NCBI RefSeq assembly: GCF_000196555.1
Contig: NC_015067.1
Coordinates: 480,001 to 512,000, forward strand
Source: Bifidobacterium longum subsp. longum JCM 1217
Lineage (GTDB): Bacteria > Actinomycetota > Actinomycetes > Actinomycetales > Bifidobacteriaceae
Reading direction: 5' to 3'
Length of the DNA stretch: 32,000 bases
Part shown: positions 6,253 through 15,303 of the stretch, piece by piece
Layout of the letters: each line of letters begins with the position of its first letter
Numbering within the stretch: position 1 is the first letter of the stretch
Made by a program: the position numbers and the translations under genes
The notes under the pieces: model-generated
Seen by the model: only the letters and a program-made list of their open reading frames with translations
Databases searched by the model: none
What the model was told of the DNA's origin: nothing

Positions 6253-7110
6253 ATGGCAATCGAATTGGCCAATCATATCTACCGCGACGGCGAAGGCGTG
6301 CCGGTGGTGCTGATGAACGCCTACCCGGTGGACCACCGCATGTGGGACGTGTGCGCGAAGGCGCTCGCCGATTTCGCCGACCTGAACGATGTGCCGGACT
6401 TCCCGATTTGGGCTCCGGACATGGCCGGCTCCGGCGCATCCCCGGTGCCGAGCGACGCCGATTCGGGCCCCCGCATGGCGAACGGCGCGTACAGCGAGGC
6501 GTTGGATCGCCTGGCCGGAGCCTACGTGGACCTGATCAAGGCCGCCGGCTATGAGCAGGCGATTTGGGTCGGGCTGTCGATGGGCGGCTACGTGGCGATG
6601 GACATCCAGCGCCTGTACCCCGAAACGGTGGCCGGACTGGCCTTGTGTGACACGATGGCCGCGTCCGACGGCGTGGGCGGAGAGAACCGACTGAAGATGG
6701 CGGACGCCGCCGAACAGACGAACTCGGTCGAACCGGTGATGCACTTCGCGCAGCCGGCCGATGGCGATTCCACCGTCAAGAAGACTCCTGAATTCATCGC
6801 GACCATGACCGGCTGGATCAACGAACAGAACCCGGCTGGTCTGGCCTGGCGTCAGCGCATGACCTACGGACGTCCTGAACTGGGGGCGGTGCCGGAAACG
6901 ATCAGCGCACCGAGCCTGGTGGTATCCGGCGAACTGGACCCCTCCAGCAATCCGAGTGTGATGCGGCCGCTCGCCGAACGAATCACCGGCGCTGAATTCA
7001 TCGATATTCCGGACTGCGGCCATTTCAGTGCCGTCGAACATCCGGATACCGTGGCGCGAGCACTGCTCTCGCTCGTCAAGCGCGTGCAGAGCGCGCAGAA
7101 GAACGCATAG
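6253..7110 (+). CDS. Alpha/beta-fold hydrolase
   Basis: Nucleophile elbow GLSMGG and C-terminal catalytic His context (DCGHFSAVEHPD). The start is at ATG 6253 with GAAGGAG 8 nt upstream; the ORF track's earlier start at 6205 lacks an SD. Confidence 0.85.
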   Translation: MAIELANHIYRDGEGVPVVLMNAYPVDHRMWDVCAKALADFADLNDVPDFPIWAPDMAGSGASPVPSDADSGPRMANGAYSEALDRLAGAYVDLIKAAGYEQAIWVGLSMGGYVAMDIQRLYPETVAGLALCDTMAASDGVGGENRLKMADAAEQTNSVEPVMHFAQPADGDSTVKKTPEFIATMTGWINEQNPAGLAWRQRMTYGRPELGAVPETISAPSLVVSGELDPSSNPSVMRPLAERITGAEFIDIPDCGHFSAVEHPDTVARALLSLVKRVQSAQKNA

Positions 7111-7119
7111 GAGACTTCG

Positions 7120-8412
7120 ATGACCGCTGACATTCATTTCTCGCCTCTGGCACTGACCCATGCGCTGCCGTTCCTGCCGCTCGCACAAGGTGACATCGAC
7201 TATCAGGTGGACCGGCGCAGCGAACCCGGCCTGATCGACGAGCTGTTGGCCGAGCCGACCACCAAAGTCGTGCTTACGCGCGGCGGACTTGTCGCCGTAC
7301 CGCGCGGCCAAGGCGAGCTTGTGGACTATGAGAACGTGAAAATGCGGCTCGCCACGTTGCCGGGCGCCTATGTGTCCGCCGAACTGGCACGCTACCCCGA
7401 AGCGGTCGCCATGTTCCTTGGCTCCTATGTCGGGGCGCGCGGCGAATCCGTGGTCGCCGTGGATATCACGCGCGTGCCGGAAGCCGGCGTTCCCGGTGTT
7501 GGCGGGATTGCCGGTGTTGGCGGTGCCGTCGGCGGCGTGCTCGGCACCCAGGATTCCGGCACTGTGGACGGCGCGCTGGGCAAGAACGGCATCAGCGGAG
7601 GTGCTGCCGCCGGAATACGGCAGCCGGGAAACGCCAAGGGTAATGGCGGCGTAGCCGCAGCCAAAATCGCCGGGCCGCTCGGTGTACCGGATTCGGCCGG
7701 GCAAGGTGCGGACGATGCCTTCGATGATTCGGTCGGCGCGCCCGTACAGCCCTTGGCCCCGAAGCCCACGCTGCTGCAACAGGCCGTGACCCGGTTCGAC
7801 TGGGTGGACCTGCGCGGATTTGCCCCTCACTCCAACGCGCGCGAGGCCGGGCAAGCCACCAGTGCCATCACCTTAAGCATCTGGCACAGCCGCCAGCGGT
7901 TCTGTCCCACCTGTGGCGCGGCGGTCCGGCCGGCGCTCGCCGGATGGGCGCAGCGATGCACCAACGAGGCGGACGGCAACCGTGTGCTGTTCCCGCGCGT
8001 GGAGCCGGCGGTCATTACCGCCATCGTGGACGGGCACGACCGTCTGCTGCTGCAACACAACGCGGCATGGAAGGATTCGAGGCTGTATTCGGTGTCCGCC
8101 GGATTTGTGGAGGCGGGGGAGAACCTTGAACACGCCTGCCGCCGCGAGGCCATGGAAGAGACCGGCATCAAGCTTGGCGAGGTGCGGTACCTGGGTTCGC
8201 AGCCGTGGCCGTTCCCGGCTTCGCTGATGATGGCGTTCAAGGCACATGCGATCACCACCGACGTGCGTGTGGACGGCGAGGAGACCATGACCGCGCGATG
8301 GGTCACACGCGACGAATACACGGCCGAGCTCATCGCCGGCCGTATGGTGGCGCCGGGCCGCGCCACCATCGCCCGCTACATGATTGAGGAATGGCTCGGT
8401 CGCGAGCTGTGA
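7120..8412 (+). CDS. nudC: NAD(+) diphosphatase / NADH pyrophosphatase (NudC family) with a Gly/Ala-rich insertion
   Basis: Zinc-ribbon motif (CPTCG...C), Nudix box (GFVEAGENLEHACRREAMEETG) and the NudC signature SQPWPFPASLMMAF. AGGAGA overlaps the upstream gene's stop codon. Confidence 0.85.
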   Translation: MTADIHFSPLALTHALPFLPLAQGDIDYQVDRRSEPGLIDELLAEPTTKVVLTRGGLVAVPRGQGELVDYENVKMRLATLPGAYVSAELARYPEAVAMFLGSYVGARGESVVAVDITRVPEAGVPGVGGIAGVGGAVGGVLGTQDSGTVDGALGKNGISGGAAAGIRQPGNAKGNGGVAAAKIAGPLGVPDSAGQGADDAFDDSVGAPVQPLAPKPTLLQQAVTRFDWVDLRGFAPHSNAREAGQATSAITLSIWHSRQRFCPTCGAAVRPALAGWAQRCTNEADGNRVLFPRVEPAVITAIVDGHDRLLLQHNAAWKDSRLYSVSAGFVEAGENLEHACRREAMEETGIKLGEVRYLGSQPWPFPASLMMAFKAHAITTDVRVDGEETMTARWVTRDEYTAELIAGRMVAPGRATIARYMIEEWLGREL

Positions 8413-8437
8413 CGGACCGCGAAGATAGGTTAGGCTT

Positions 8438-8851
8438 ATGACTATGAGTGATGACAACGAAAACGAACAGCCGCTGAATCTCGACATTCCCGACCACCTC
8501 GAATACTCCGAGGAGCATGCGTGGGTGGACCGTTCGGTCGACCCCGCAATCATCGGCATCACCGAATACGCCGCCGACCAGCTTGGCGAACTTGTGTTCG
8601 TGGATCTGCCTGAGCCTGGCGCCCGTGTGGAGGCCGGCGACGAGATCGTGGAGCTTGAATCCTCCAAGGCCGTCCAGCCGCTGATCAGCCCCGTGGCGGG
8701 TACGGTCAAGTATGTGAACCGTGACGTGGCGGACGACCCGTCCGTGGTCAACGGCGATCCGTACGGCGAAGGCTGGCTGCTGAAGGTCGAGCTTGACGAC
8801 GATGAGCCGGAGCTGCTGAGCGCCGACGAATACGCGAAGGTCGTGCGGTAG
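8438..8851 (+). CDS. gcvH: Glycine cleavage system H-type lipoyl carrier protein
   Basis: EHAWVD...GITEYAADQLGELVFVDLPEPG...VELESSKAV (lipoyl-lysine context)...GEGWLLKV. Length and motifs are typical of GcvH. Confidence 0.9.
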   Translation: MTMSDDNENEQPLNLDIPDHLEYSEEHAWVDRSVDPAIIGITEYAADQLGELVFVDLPEPGARVEAGDEIVELESSKAVQPLISPVAGTVKYVNRDVADDPSVVNGDPYGEGWLLKVELDDDEPELLSADEYAKVVR

Positions 8852-8861
8852 TTCCTTTTGA

Positions 8862-8882
8862 GCTCCCCTCTCTGAGGGGAGC
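8862..8882 (+). terminator. GC-rich hairpin GCTCCCCTC-tct-GAGGGGAGC after gcvH (no U-tract)
   Basis: A perfect 9-bp stem lies 11 nt after the gcvH stop, followed by CAAGAAAA. A near-identical element occurs at 13931-13957. Confidence 0.5.
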
Positions 8883-8917
8883 CAAGAAAATGAGGCGTAT
8901 GGCCTATATTGGTGTCT

Positions 8918-10249
8918 ATGAGAAGCCCACGCGAGGATTTTGAGGCGGCAGGCAAGCGACTGCCTTGGGATGCTGCTGCTTGCAATGCAGCGCTGTCCGC
9001 CACCGCGCCAGTCTCTGACGTCAAGGCATCCGCCAATGGTGCCGACAATGCCAGCAACGCTGAACATTCCGATGACATGCCCACCGTGCCGATTCCCGCA
9101 CGCAAGGCTGCCACGACGTTCGACACCCCCTCCAAGCGTGAGCGCATCGAAGTCAAGCCGCCGATCACCCGATTCATACGTCGTGCCGTCACCCGCGTGT
9201 TCGGTGTATGGTCACGCATCTCCACTCAGGTGGTGCGCCAATGGGACTGGTATCCGCGAGTGGAACCCTATGTGGGTTATGGTACCGGCGATTACTCGCG
9301 TCTGATCTGCCGCACGGTATACGCCCCCAGGCACGCGCAATCCGGCGAACTGATCCGTGGCATCCGCGGCATGCTTGCCATACCCGCGCCGCGCACCCAC
9401 GTGCAGGCCAGCATTGATGACATGCCGCTCAACACCGTGCAGATCGGTGTCTCCGAGGTCTATGACAAGGTGGACCGCACGCGCGATCTCGGCAGCGAAT
9501 ACGCCATCTCCGATTCCGCCGGATATCTCGACCTCGTGGCCGAGCATCGTCTGGTGCCCGGCATCCATCGCGTCTCCTACAGCGTGGCCAACCGCAAACC
9601 CGTGAGCGCCAACCTGTACACCATCCCCGCCAGTGCCAAAGTCGGCATCATCTCCGATGTGGACGACACCATCATGATCACGCAGGCCCCGGTGCCATGG
9701 AAGGCCGCGTACAACCTGCTGTTCCTCGACCCCAAGAAGAAAGCCTCCGTGCCGGGCATGAGCGTGCTGTTCACCCGCATCGCCGACCTGTTCCCCGGCG
9801 CACCGTTCTTCTATCTTTCGACATCGCCCTGGAATGTGGAGAGTTCGATTCGCAACTTCATCACTGACCATGGTTTTCCCGAAGGCCCGCTGCTGCTGCG
9901 CGACCTCGACCCGAGGCCCAAGACCTTCGTACCCACCGGCCCCCAGCACAAACTTGAGTTTGCCGAACAACTTATGGCCGACTTCCCAGACATGAAGTTC
10001 ATTCTGGTGGGCGATGACGGGCAGAAAGACCCGACCACGTACGCCACCATCGCCCGCAGATATCCCGGACGTGTACTGGCGATCGTCATTCGTGAGTTGA
10101 GCCCGCGCGAATCAACCGGATTGGCGTCGGTGACGGGGCTCACCTCGACCCAGCCGACTCCGGTAACCGATGTGCCAGTATTCACCGGCACCACAGGCTC
10201 GAACATTCTGAAGACCATGCTGCCGTATCTGAAGACGGTGTTGCGATAG
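8918..10249 (+). CDS. App1-family phosphatidate phosphatase-like protein (DUF2183)
   Basis: HAD-like DxDxT motif (ISDVDDTIM) and LVGDDGQKDPTTYATIARRYPGRVLAIVIRE. The N-terminal ~100 aa are low-complexity. The start is uncertain: TTG 8909, GTG 8912 or ATG 8918. I prefer 8918 because TATATT (8905-8910) sits 7 nt upstream, a leaderless-type arrangement. Confidence 0.75.
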   Translation: MRSPREDFEAAGKRLPWDAAACNAALSATAPVSDVKASANGADNASNAEHSDDMPTVPIPARKAATTFDTPSKRERIEVKPPITRFIRRAVTRVFGVWSRISTQVVRQWDWYPRVEPYVGYGTGDYSRLICRTVYAPRHAQSGELIRGIRGMLAIPAPRTHVQASIDDMPLNTVQIGVSEVYDKVDRTRDLGSEYAISDSAGYLDLVAEHRLVPGIHRVSYSVANRKPVSANLYTIPASAKVGIISDVDDTIMITQAPVPWKAAYNLLFLDPKKKASVPGMSVLFTRIADLFPGAPFFYLSTSPWNVESSIRNFITDHGFPEGPLLLRDLDPRPKTFVPTGPQHKLEFAEQLMADFPDMKFILVGDDGQKDPTTYATIARRYPGRVLAIVIRELSPRESTGLASVTGLTSTQPTPVTDVPVFTGTTGSNILKTMLPYLKTVLR

Positions 10250-10309
10250 GCGCGGCGTGATGAACACTGAATGCGTCCCGGTGCGGTGCCTCGCCTATAA
10301 TCGCGTGGT

Positions 10310-12826
10310 ATGACTGACGAGAGCACAAACGCCGCGGCCGCGATGCCGCCTTACGCCAAGCGCGAGCCGAAGCGCCGCGAATTCCACGGTGACGTTTTCG
10401 AAGACGATTACGAGTGGATGCGAGACAAAGACTCCGATGATGTGCGCAGCTACGTAGCTGCCGAAAACCAGTACTGCGAGCGTCGCATGGCGCATCTGGC
10501 GGATTTCCGGCATACGTTGTTTGAAGAGCTGAAATCGCATGTGGAAGAGACTGATATGTCGGTTCCCACGCGCGTCAATGATTACTGGTACTTCACCCGC
10601 ACGCAGCAGGGCAAACAGTATGGCGTGCAATGCCGCATCCCCGTGCGCGATGCCGATGACTGGGACCCGCCGGTCGTGGATCCGCAAGGCGCGCCCGGCT
10701 CCATGCCCGGTGAACAGGTCGTTTTTGATGCGAACAAGGAATCCGAGGGGCATGACTTCTTCCGGCTCGGCGGCTTGGATCTGAGCAAGGACGGCCGTTG
10801 GATGCTGTACGGCGTGGATGTTGCGGGAGACGAGCGATATGATTTCCGCATTCGCGACCTTGCCGGGCTGGAGACCGGGGAGCCGGTCAGCGAACTGCCC
10901 GAACAGTTCACCGGCATTGGCAGCGCATGCTTCACGCCGGACGGCCAATGGGTGTTCTGGGTGGAATTGGACGATTCCTGGCGGCCGCTCGCTGTGTGGC
11001 GGCATCGTGTTGGCACGGCGGTCGAATCGGATGTGTGCGTGTACCGAGAAACCGATGAACGGTTCTGGGTGGGCGTTGGCATCAGTTTTGATGAGCGCAA
11101 TATCGTGATCGGCACCGGTTCCAAAACCACCACCGAAGTGCTGATGCTGCCGGTGGCCACGCCTGAAGGCGAATTCCAAGCTTTCATTCCGCGTCAGAAC
11201 GATATTGAATATGATGTGAGCTTTGCCTGTTTTGAAGGCGCGGGGGAGAACGGTGCGGATGTGCCACTCGCCGTGGTCTATCACAACGCTGCCAATCCGA
11301 ATTTCGAAATCGACGTCATTGACATGCGTGGCCATGAGCCGCCGTACCGACTCGGCGAAGGCGTGTGCATTGCCGCCGGGTCGCCGTACGGCTGTGAACA
11401 TGGTGAGCCGGATAAGCCGATTACCGAGGCATACTTCAACGCCGTCAATCCGGCGATATTGCAGGGTGCCCACGGTCTGGGCATCGAAGGCATCGCGTTG
11501 CATCGCAACTTTGTGTCCCTGAGCTACCGTGCCGACGGCCAGCCGCACGTGGCATACATGACCAAGAGCGCGGCTGCCGCCGACTTCCTGGCCGGACGGC
11601 CGTGGCGGTTTACGGAATTGCTGCCGCCTGCCCTGGAGGACGACTGGGACATGGTTGCCGACGATCGCGAAAACTTCACCGGCGATCATGGCGAAATCTT
11701 GTGGACCGAAGATGAGGCCCCCACGGATCACACGTCATCTTCCGATGGTGCTAGCGACGACCACCTGCCCGGTGAGACCCGGCGCTTGTACACCATCGGC
11801 GTCGGCGGCAACCCCTCGTATGAGGCGCCGCGCATGCGCTACTCGTTCGCCAGCTACACCCGCCCGGGCGAGTTGCACGAAATCGATCCCGCCACCGGTG
11901 AAGATGCGCTGCTGAAGCGAGCCACCGTGTTGGGCAACTTCAATCCACGCGATTACATGGAACGCCGTGTGTGGATTACCGCGCGCGACGGCGAACGCAT
12001 TCCTGTTTCCCTCGTCTGGCACCGCGATTGCCCGGCGCAGGATTCGCCGATGTTCATTACCGGATATGGTGCATACGAGATTTCCTCCGATCCGGGGTTC
12101 TCGGTCTCTCGTCTGAGCATGTTGGATCGCGGTGTGCTGTACGCCGTGCCGCATATTCGTGGCGGCGGCGAAATGGGACGCGCCTGGTATGAGCAGGGGC
12201 GCAGACTGAACAAGAAGCATTCCTTTGAGGACTTCGTGGACGCCACACGCGCGCTGCAGAAGGCGCATTTGGCTGATGCTTGGCGCACCGTGGCCAACGG
12301 CGGATCCGCTGGCGGCCTGCTGATGGGCGCGATTGCCAATATGGCGCCCGAATGCTACGCCGGTGTTGAGGCGGATGTGCCGTTCGTGGACGCGTTGACC
12401 TCCATTCTTGACCCGGACTTGCCGTTGACCGTCACCGAATGGGACGAATGGGGAGACCCGTTGCATGACCCTGAGGTGTATCAGTACATGAAGTCGTACA
12501 CGCCATACGAGAATGTGCCGGTCGCCGTGCTCGAGGGCGGCAACGACGAGGCTGCCGGTGACGGCAGTGCTGATGGGGCGGCCACCGGCGCGGTCGCCGC
12601 CGCGCAATTCCCGAGAATCTTCATTACCACCTCGATGAACGACACCCGCGTGCTGTACGTCGAGCCGCTCAAATGGCTGGCCCGTTTGCAGTCCGCCGGC
12701 GTGGACGCGGTGGCCAAGATTGAGGTCGAGGCCGGTCACGGCGGTCTATCCGGGCGTTACAAGCAATGGGAAGAGGTTTCCTATGAGAACGCTTGGTGCA
12801 TGGATGTGATGGGGCTCGCTCATTAG
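10310..12826 (+). CDS. ptrB: S9-family serine peptidase, oligopeptidase B-like
   Basis: N-terminal PPYAKREPKRREFHGDVFEDDYEWMRDKD, the catalytic-serine motif GGSAGGLLMG, and a C-terminal ...EAGHGG histidine context. It carries acidic insertions relative to typical family members. Confidence 0.85.
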   Translation: MTDESTNAAAAMPPYAKREPKRREFHGDVFEDDYEWMRDKDSDDVRSYVAAENQYCERRMAHLADFRHTLFEELKSHVEETDMSVPTRVNDYWYFTRTQQGKQYGVQCRIPVRDADDWDPPVVDPQGAPGSMPGEQVVFDANKESEGHDFFRLGGLDLSKDGRWMLYGVDVAGDERYDFRIRDLAGLETGEPVSELPEQFTGIGSACFTPDGQWVFWVELDDSWRPLAVWRHRVGTAVESDVCVYRETDERFWVGVGISFDERNIVIGTGSKTTTEVLMLPVATPEGEFQAFIPRQNDIEYDVSFACFEGAGENGADVPLAVVYHNAANPNFEIDVIDMRGHEPPYRLGEGVCIAAGSPYGCEHGEPDKPITEAYFNAVNPAILQGAHGLGIEGIALHRNFVSLSYRADGQPHVAYMTKSAAAADFLAGRPWRFTELLPPALEDDWDMVADDRENFTGDHGEILWTEDEAPTDHTSSSDGASDDHLPGETRRLYTIGVGGNPSYEAPRMRYSFASYTRPGELHEIDPATGEDALLKRATVLGNFNPRDYMERRVWITARDGERIPVSLVWHRDCPAQDSPMFITGYGAYEISSDPGFSVSRLSMLDRGVLYAVPHIRGGGEMGRAWYEQGRRLNKKHSFEDFVDATRALQKAHLADAWRTVANGGSAGGLLMGAIANMAPECYAGVEADVPFVDALTSILDPDLPLTVTEWDEWGDPLHDPEVYQYMKSYTPYENVPVAVLEGGNDEAAGDGSADGAATGAVAAAQFPRIFITTSMNDTRVLYVEPLKWLARLQSAGVDAVAKIEVEAGHGGLSGRYKQWEEVSYENAWCMDVMGLAH

Positions 12827-12890
12827 GCCATGTCCACTAGCTGAGCGGGTTCGGGCCGGCAGGTGATAGCGCGAGTAGGCTCCTTGAACT

Positions 12891-13922
12891 ATGGCAAAGA
12901 CATATAAAATCGCCGTTATTCCCGGCGACGGTATTGGCAAGGAAGTCACTCCGTGGGCTCAGAAGGCTTTGGAAAAGGCCGCTGAAGGCGTAGCTGACTT
13001 CGAGTACGAGAACTTCGACTTGGGTGCCGAGCGTTATCTGCGCGATGGTGCGATTCTGCCCGAGGACGAAGAGGAGCGCATCAAGGCCAACGACGCGATT
13101 CTGCTCGGTGCCGTGGGCGATCCGCGCATCAAGGCCGGCATTCTGGAACGCGGCCTGCTGCTCAAGCTCCGCTTCGACCTCGACCAGTACGTGAACCTGC
13201 GCCCCTCCAAGCTGTACAAGGGCGTCACCTCGCCGCTCGCCAACCCCGGCGACATCGACTTCGTGGTGGTACGTGAAGGCACCGAAGGTCTGTACTGCGG
13301 TGCCGGCGGCGCGGTGCGCCGCAACACCCCGCAGGAGGTGGCCACCGAGGTGTCCATCAATACCGCATACGGTGTGGAGCGTGTGGTGCGTTACGCCTTC
13401 AAGCTCGCTATGAAGCGCAAGAAGCACGTCACCCTGGTGCACAAGAAGAACGTGCTCGTCAACGCCGGTGATATGTGGCAGCGCATCGTCGACAAGGTCG
13501 GCGAGGAATACCCTGAGGTCACCCACGACTACCAGCACATTGATGCGGCCACCATCTTCCTGGTCTCCGACCCGAGCCGTTTCGATGTGATTCTCACCGA
13601 CAACCTCTTTGGCGACATTCTGACCGATGAGGCCGGCTCCGTGGTGGGCGGCGTGGGCTACTCCGCCTCCGGCTGCATCAACGCCTCCGACGAGTTCCCG
13701 TCCATGTTCGAGCCGATTCACGGTTCCGCTCCGGACATCGCCGGTCAGAACAAGGCCAACCCGACCGCCGCCATCCTCTCCGCCGCCATGCTGCTCGAGC
13801 ATCTCGGCTTTGATGATGCGGCCAAGAAGATCCATACCGCCGTCGAAGCGGACATCGAGGAGCTCGGCTCCACCGTGCGCTCCACCGACCAGGTCGGCAA
13901 GGACATTCTGGCCCGCATGTGA
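12891..13922 (+). CDS. leuB: 3-isopropylmalate dehydrogenase
   Basis: It is collinear with the actinobacterial LeuB sequence as I remember it: [63 protein letters not shown]. Confidence 0.92.
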   Translation: MAKTYKIAVIPGDGIGKEVTPWAQKALEKAAEGVADFEYENFDLGAERYLRDGAILPEDEEERIKANDAILLGAVGDPRIKAGILERGLLLKLRFDLDQYVNLRPSKLYKGVTSPLANPGDIDFVVVREGTEGLYCGAGGAVRRNTPQEVATEVSINTAYGVERVVRYAFKLAMKRKKHVTLVHKKNVLVNAGDMWQRIVDKVGEEYPEVTHDYQHIDAATIFLVSDPSRFDVILTDNLFGDILTDEAGSVVGGVGYSASGCINASDEFPSMFEPIHGSAPDIAGQNKANPTAAILSAAMLLEHLGFDDAAKKIHTAVEADIEELGSTVRSTDQVGKDILARM

Positions 13923-13930
13923 CCTCAAAC

Positions 13931-13957
13931 CTGGCTCCCCTCGCTGAGGGGAGCCAG
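13931..13957 (+). terminator. GC-rich hairpin CTGGCTCCCCTC-gct-GAGGGGAGCCAG after leuB (no U-tract)
   Basis: A perfect 12-bp stem lies 9 nt after the leuB stop, followed by AAAACTC. Its core GCTCCCCTCnCTGAGGGGAGCCA is shared with 8862-8884. Confidence 0.5.
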
Positions 13958-13979
13958 AAAACTCTCTATACTGAGTTGC

Positions 13980-15065
13980 ATGCAAATGCGACATGGGGAA
14001 TGCAAAACCGTTGGCAGCAAACTAGTCGCCGTGACCGTATCCGTCGATGATGACGGCACCGCACAGTCATGCCATATCAGCGGTGATTTCTTTATTGAAT
14101 CAGTTTCGGATGCCGAATCCCATGCTTTGTTGCATGACCTGGAACGAGCTCTAATTAGCGATGATTCATTGCGGTCCGTATTGGACGCTCATCCTAGTTG
14201 CCAAATTATCGGCACAGATGAAGTTGCCATCAAAACCGCATACAGCCGAGCCGTAAGCAGCAACTTACCCCCGCTGGCGGGGGCTCCAGCGCAGCGGGTG
14301 GGGGTGGGCAGCCCCGATGCGCCGAACATCCCAGCATCCATCAATACACAAACCAAGCAGCCCGACAAAAGCTCTGAATACCGGGAGCGCTGGAACGCCC
14401 TCAAGCCTCAACTCACCGTGATCCACGACCATCCGCGTACTCCGGACGAGCAAATGGCCATTGACGAGACCTGGGCGCGTGAAGTCGCAGCAGGAACACG
14501 ACAGCCGACCATCCGATTATGGGAGTGGGCGGGCCCGGCTGTGGTCATCGGCCGTTTCCAATCGGCCCAGGACGAGGTGAATCTGGACATTGCCAAGCAG
14601 CTCGGCTTCGACGTGGTACGCCGTTGCACGGGTGGCGGAGCGATGTTTATCGAACCGGGCAACACCATTACCTATTCTCTGTATGCGCCGCTCGATTTCG
14701 TTCAGGGCGTAAGCATCGAAGAATCCTACCGGCTCTGTGACTGGTGGCTGGTCGAAGCGCTGCGCGAACTTGGCTTGGATGTGCGGTTCGCGGGCCTCAA
14801 TGATATCGCCTCGCAGTACGGCAAGATCGGGGGAGCGGCGCAGCGGCGCTTCCCCGTAGGCTCAGGCGGCGCGGTGCTGCACCATGTGACCATGGCGTAT
14901 GACATCGATGCGGCCAAGATGAGCCGTGTGCTCAACACCAGTCGCGAGAAGATGTCAGACAAAGCGGTGAAATCAGCGGTCAAACGCGTGGACCCGATGA
15001 AAAGCCAGACGGGTCTCAGCCGCGAACACATCGTCGAGCACCTTATTGACTGGTTTGCGGCGTGA
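13980..15065 (+). CDS. lplA: Lipoate-protein ligase, circularly permuted (accessory domain N-terminal)
   Basis: The catalytic BPL/LplA core includes RCTGGGAMFIEPGNTITYSLY and the lysine motif GKIGGAAQRR. The N-terminal ~90 aa (KLVAVTVSVDDDGTAQSCHISGDFFIE...) resemble the LplA C-terminal accessory domain. A low-complexity linker joins the two. Confidence 0.85.
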   Translation: MQMRHGECKTVGSKLVAVTVSVDDDGTAQSCHISGDFFIESVSDAESHALLHDLERALISDDSLRSVLDAHPSCQIIGTDEVAIKTAYSRAVSSNLPPLAGAPAQRVGVGSPDAPNIPASINTQTKQPDKSSEYRERWNALKPQLTVIHDHPRTPDEQMAIDETWAREVAAGTRQPTIRLWEWAGPAVVIGRFQSAQDEVNLDIAKQLGFDVVRRCTGGGAMFIEPGNTITYSLYAPLDFVQGVSIEESYRLCDWWLVEALRELGLDVRFAGLNDIASQYGKIGGAAQRRFPVGSGGAVLHHVTMAYDIDAAKMSRVLNTSREKMSDKAVKSAVKRVDPMKSQTGLSREHIVEHLIDWFAA

Positions 15066-15303
15066 TTTCACCGATGGCCGTATACGATTTTGCCGGTGGC
15101 CGTGCGCGGTTTTGTCATGGGCGAGCGCGGTAGCCGCGACAGTGCCGTTTTTCGCGGTAACGCATTCGTCAGCATGTCGTACGGCTATCGGATCGTGCCA
15201 CACATGAAGTGACGAATGAGGGCATGCTCCTGACGAAACCTGTGGGGCGCGTTACAATATGACGGATGGGCGACGACGGTCATAGGACAATAAGGATGGT
15301 GCG

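Noticed and set aside
6073-7854. 593-aa minus-strand ORF
   Set aside because: It is antisense to the alpha/beta hydrolase and nudC genes, which have catalytic motifs and SD sequences. The ORF's product is Arg/Gly/His-rich with no motif.
15199-15213. CACACATGAAGTGAC upstream of the Crp-family gene looked like CRP/GlxR half-sites
   Set aside because: The half-sites face outward (ACACA...GTGA) rather than following the TGTGA-N6-TCACA arrangement, and the spacing is wrong.
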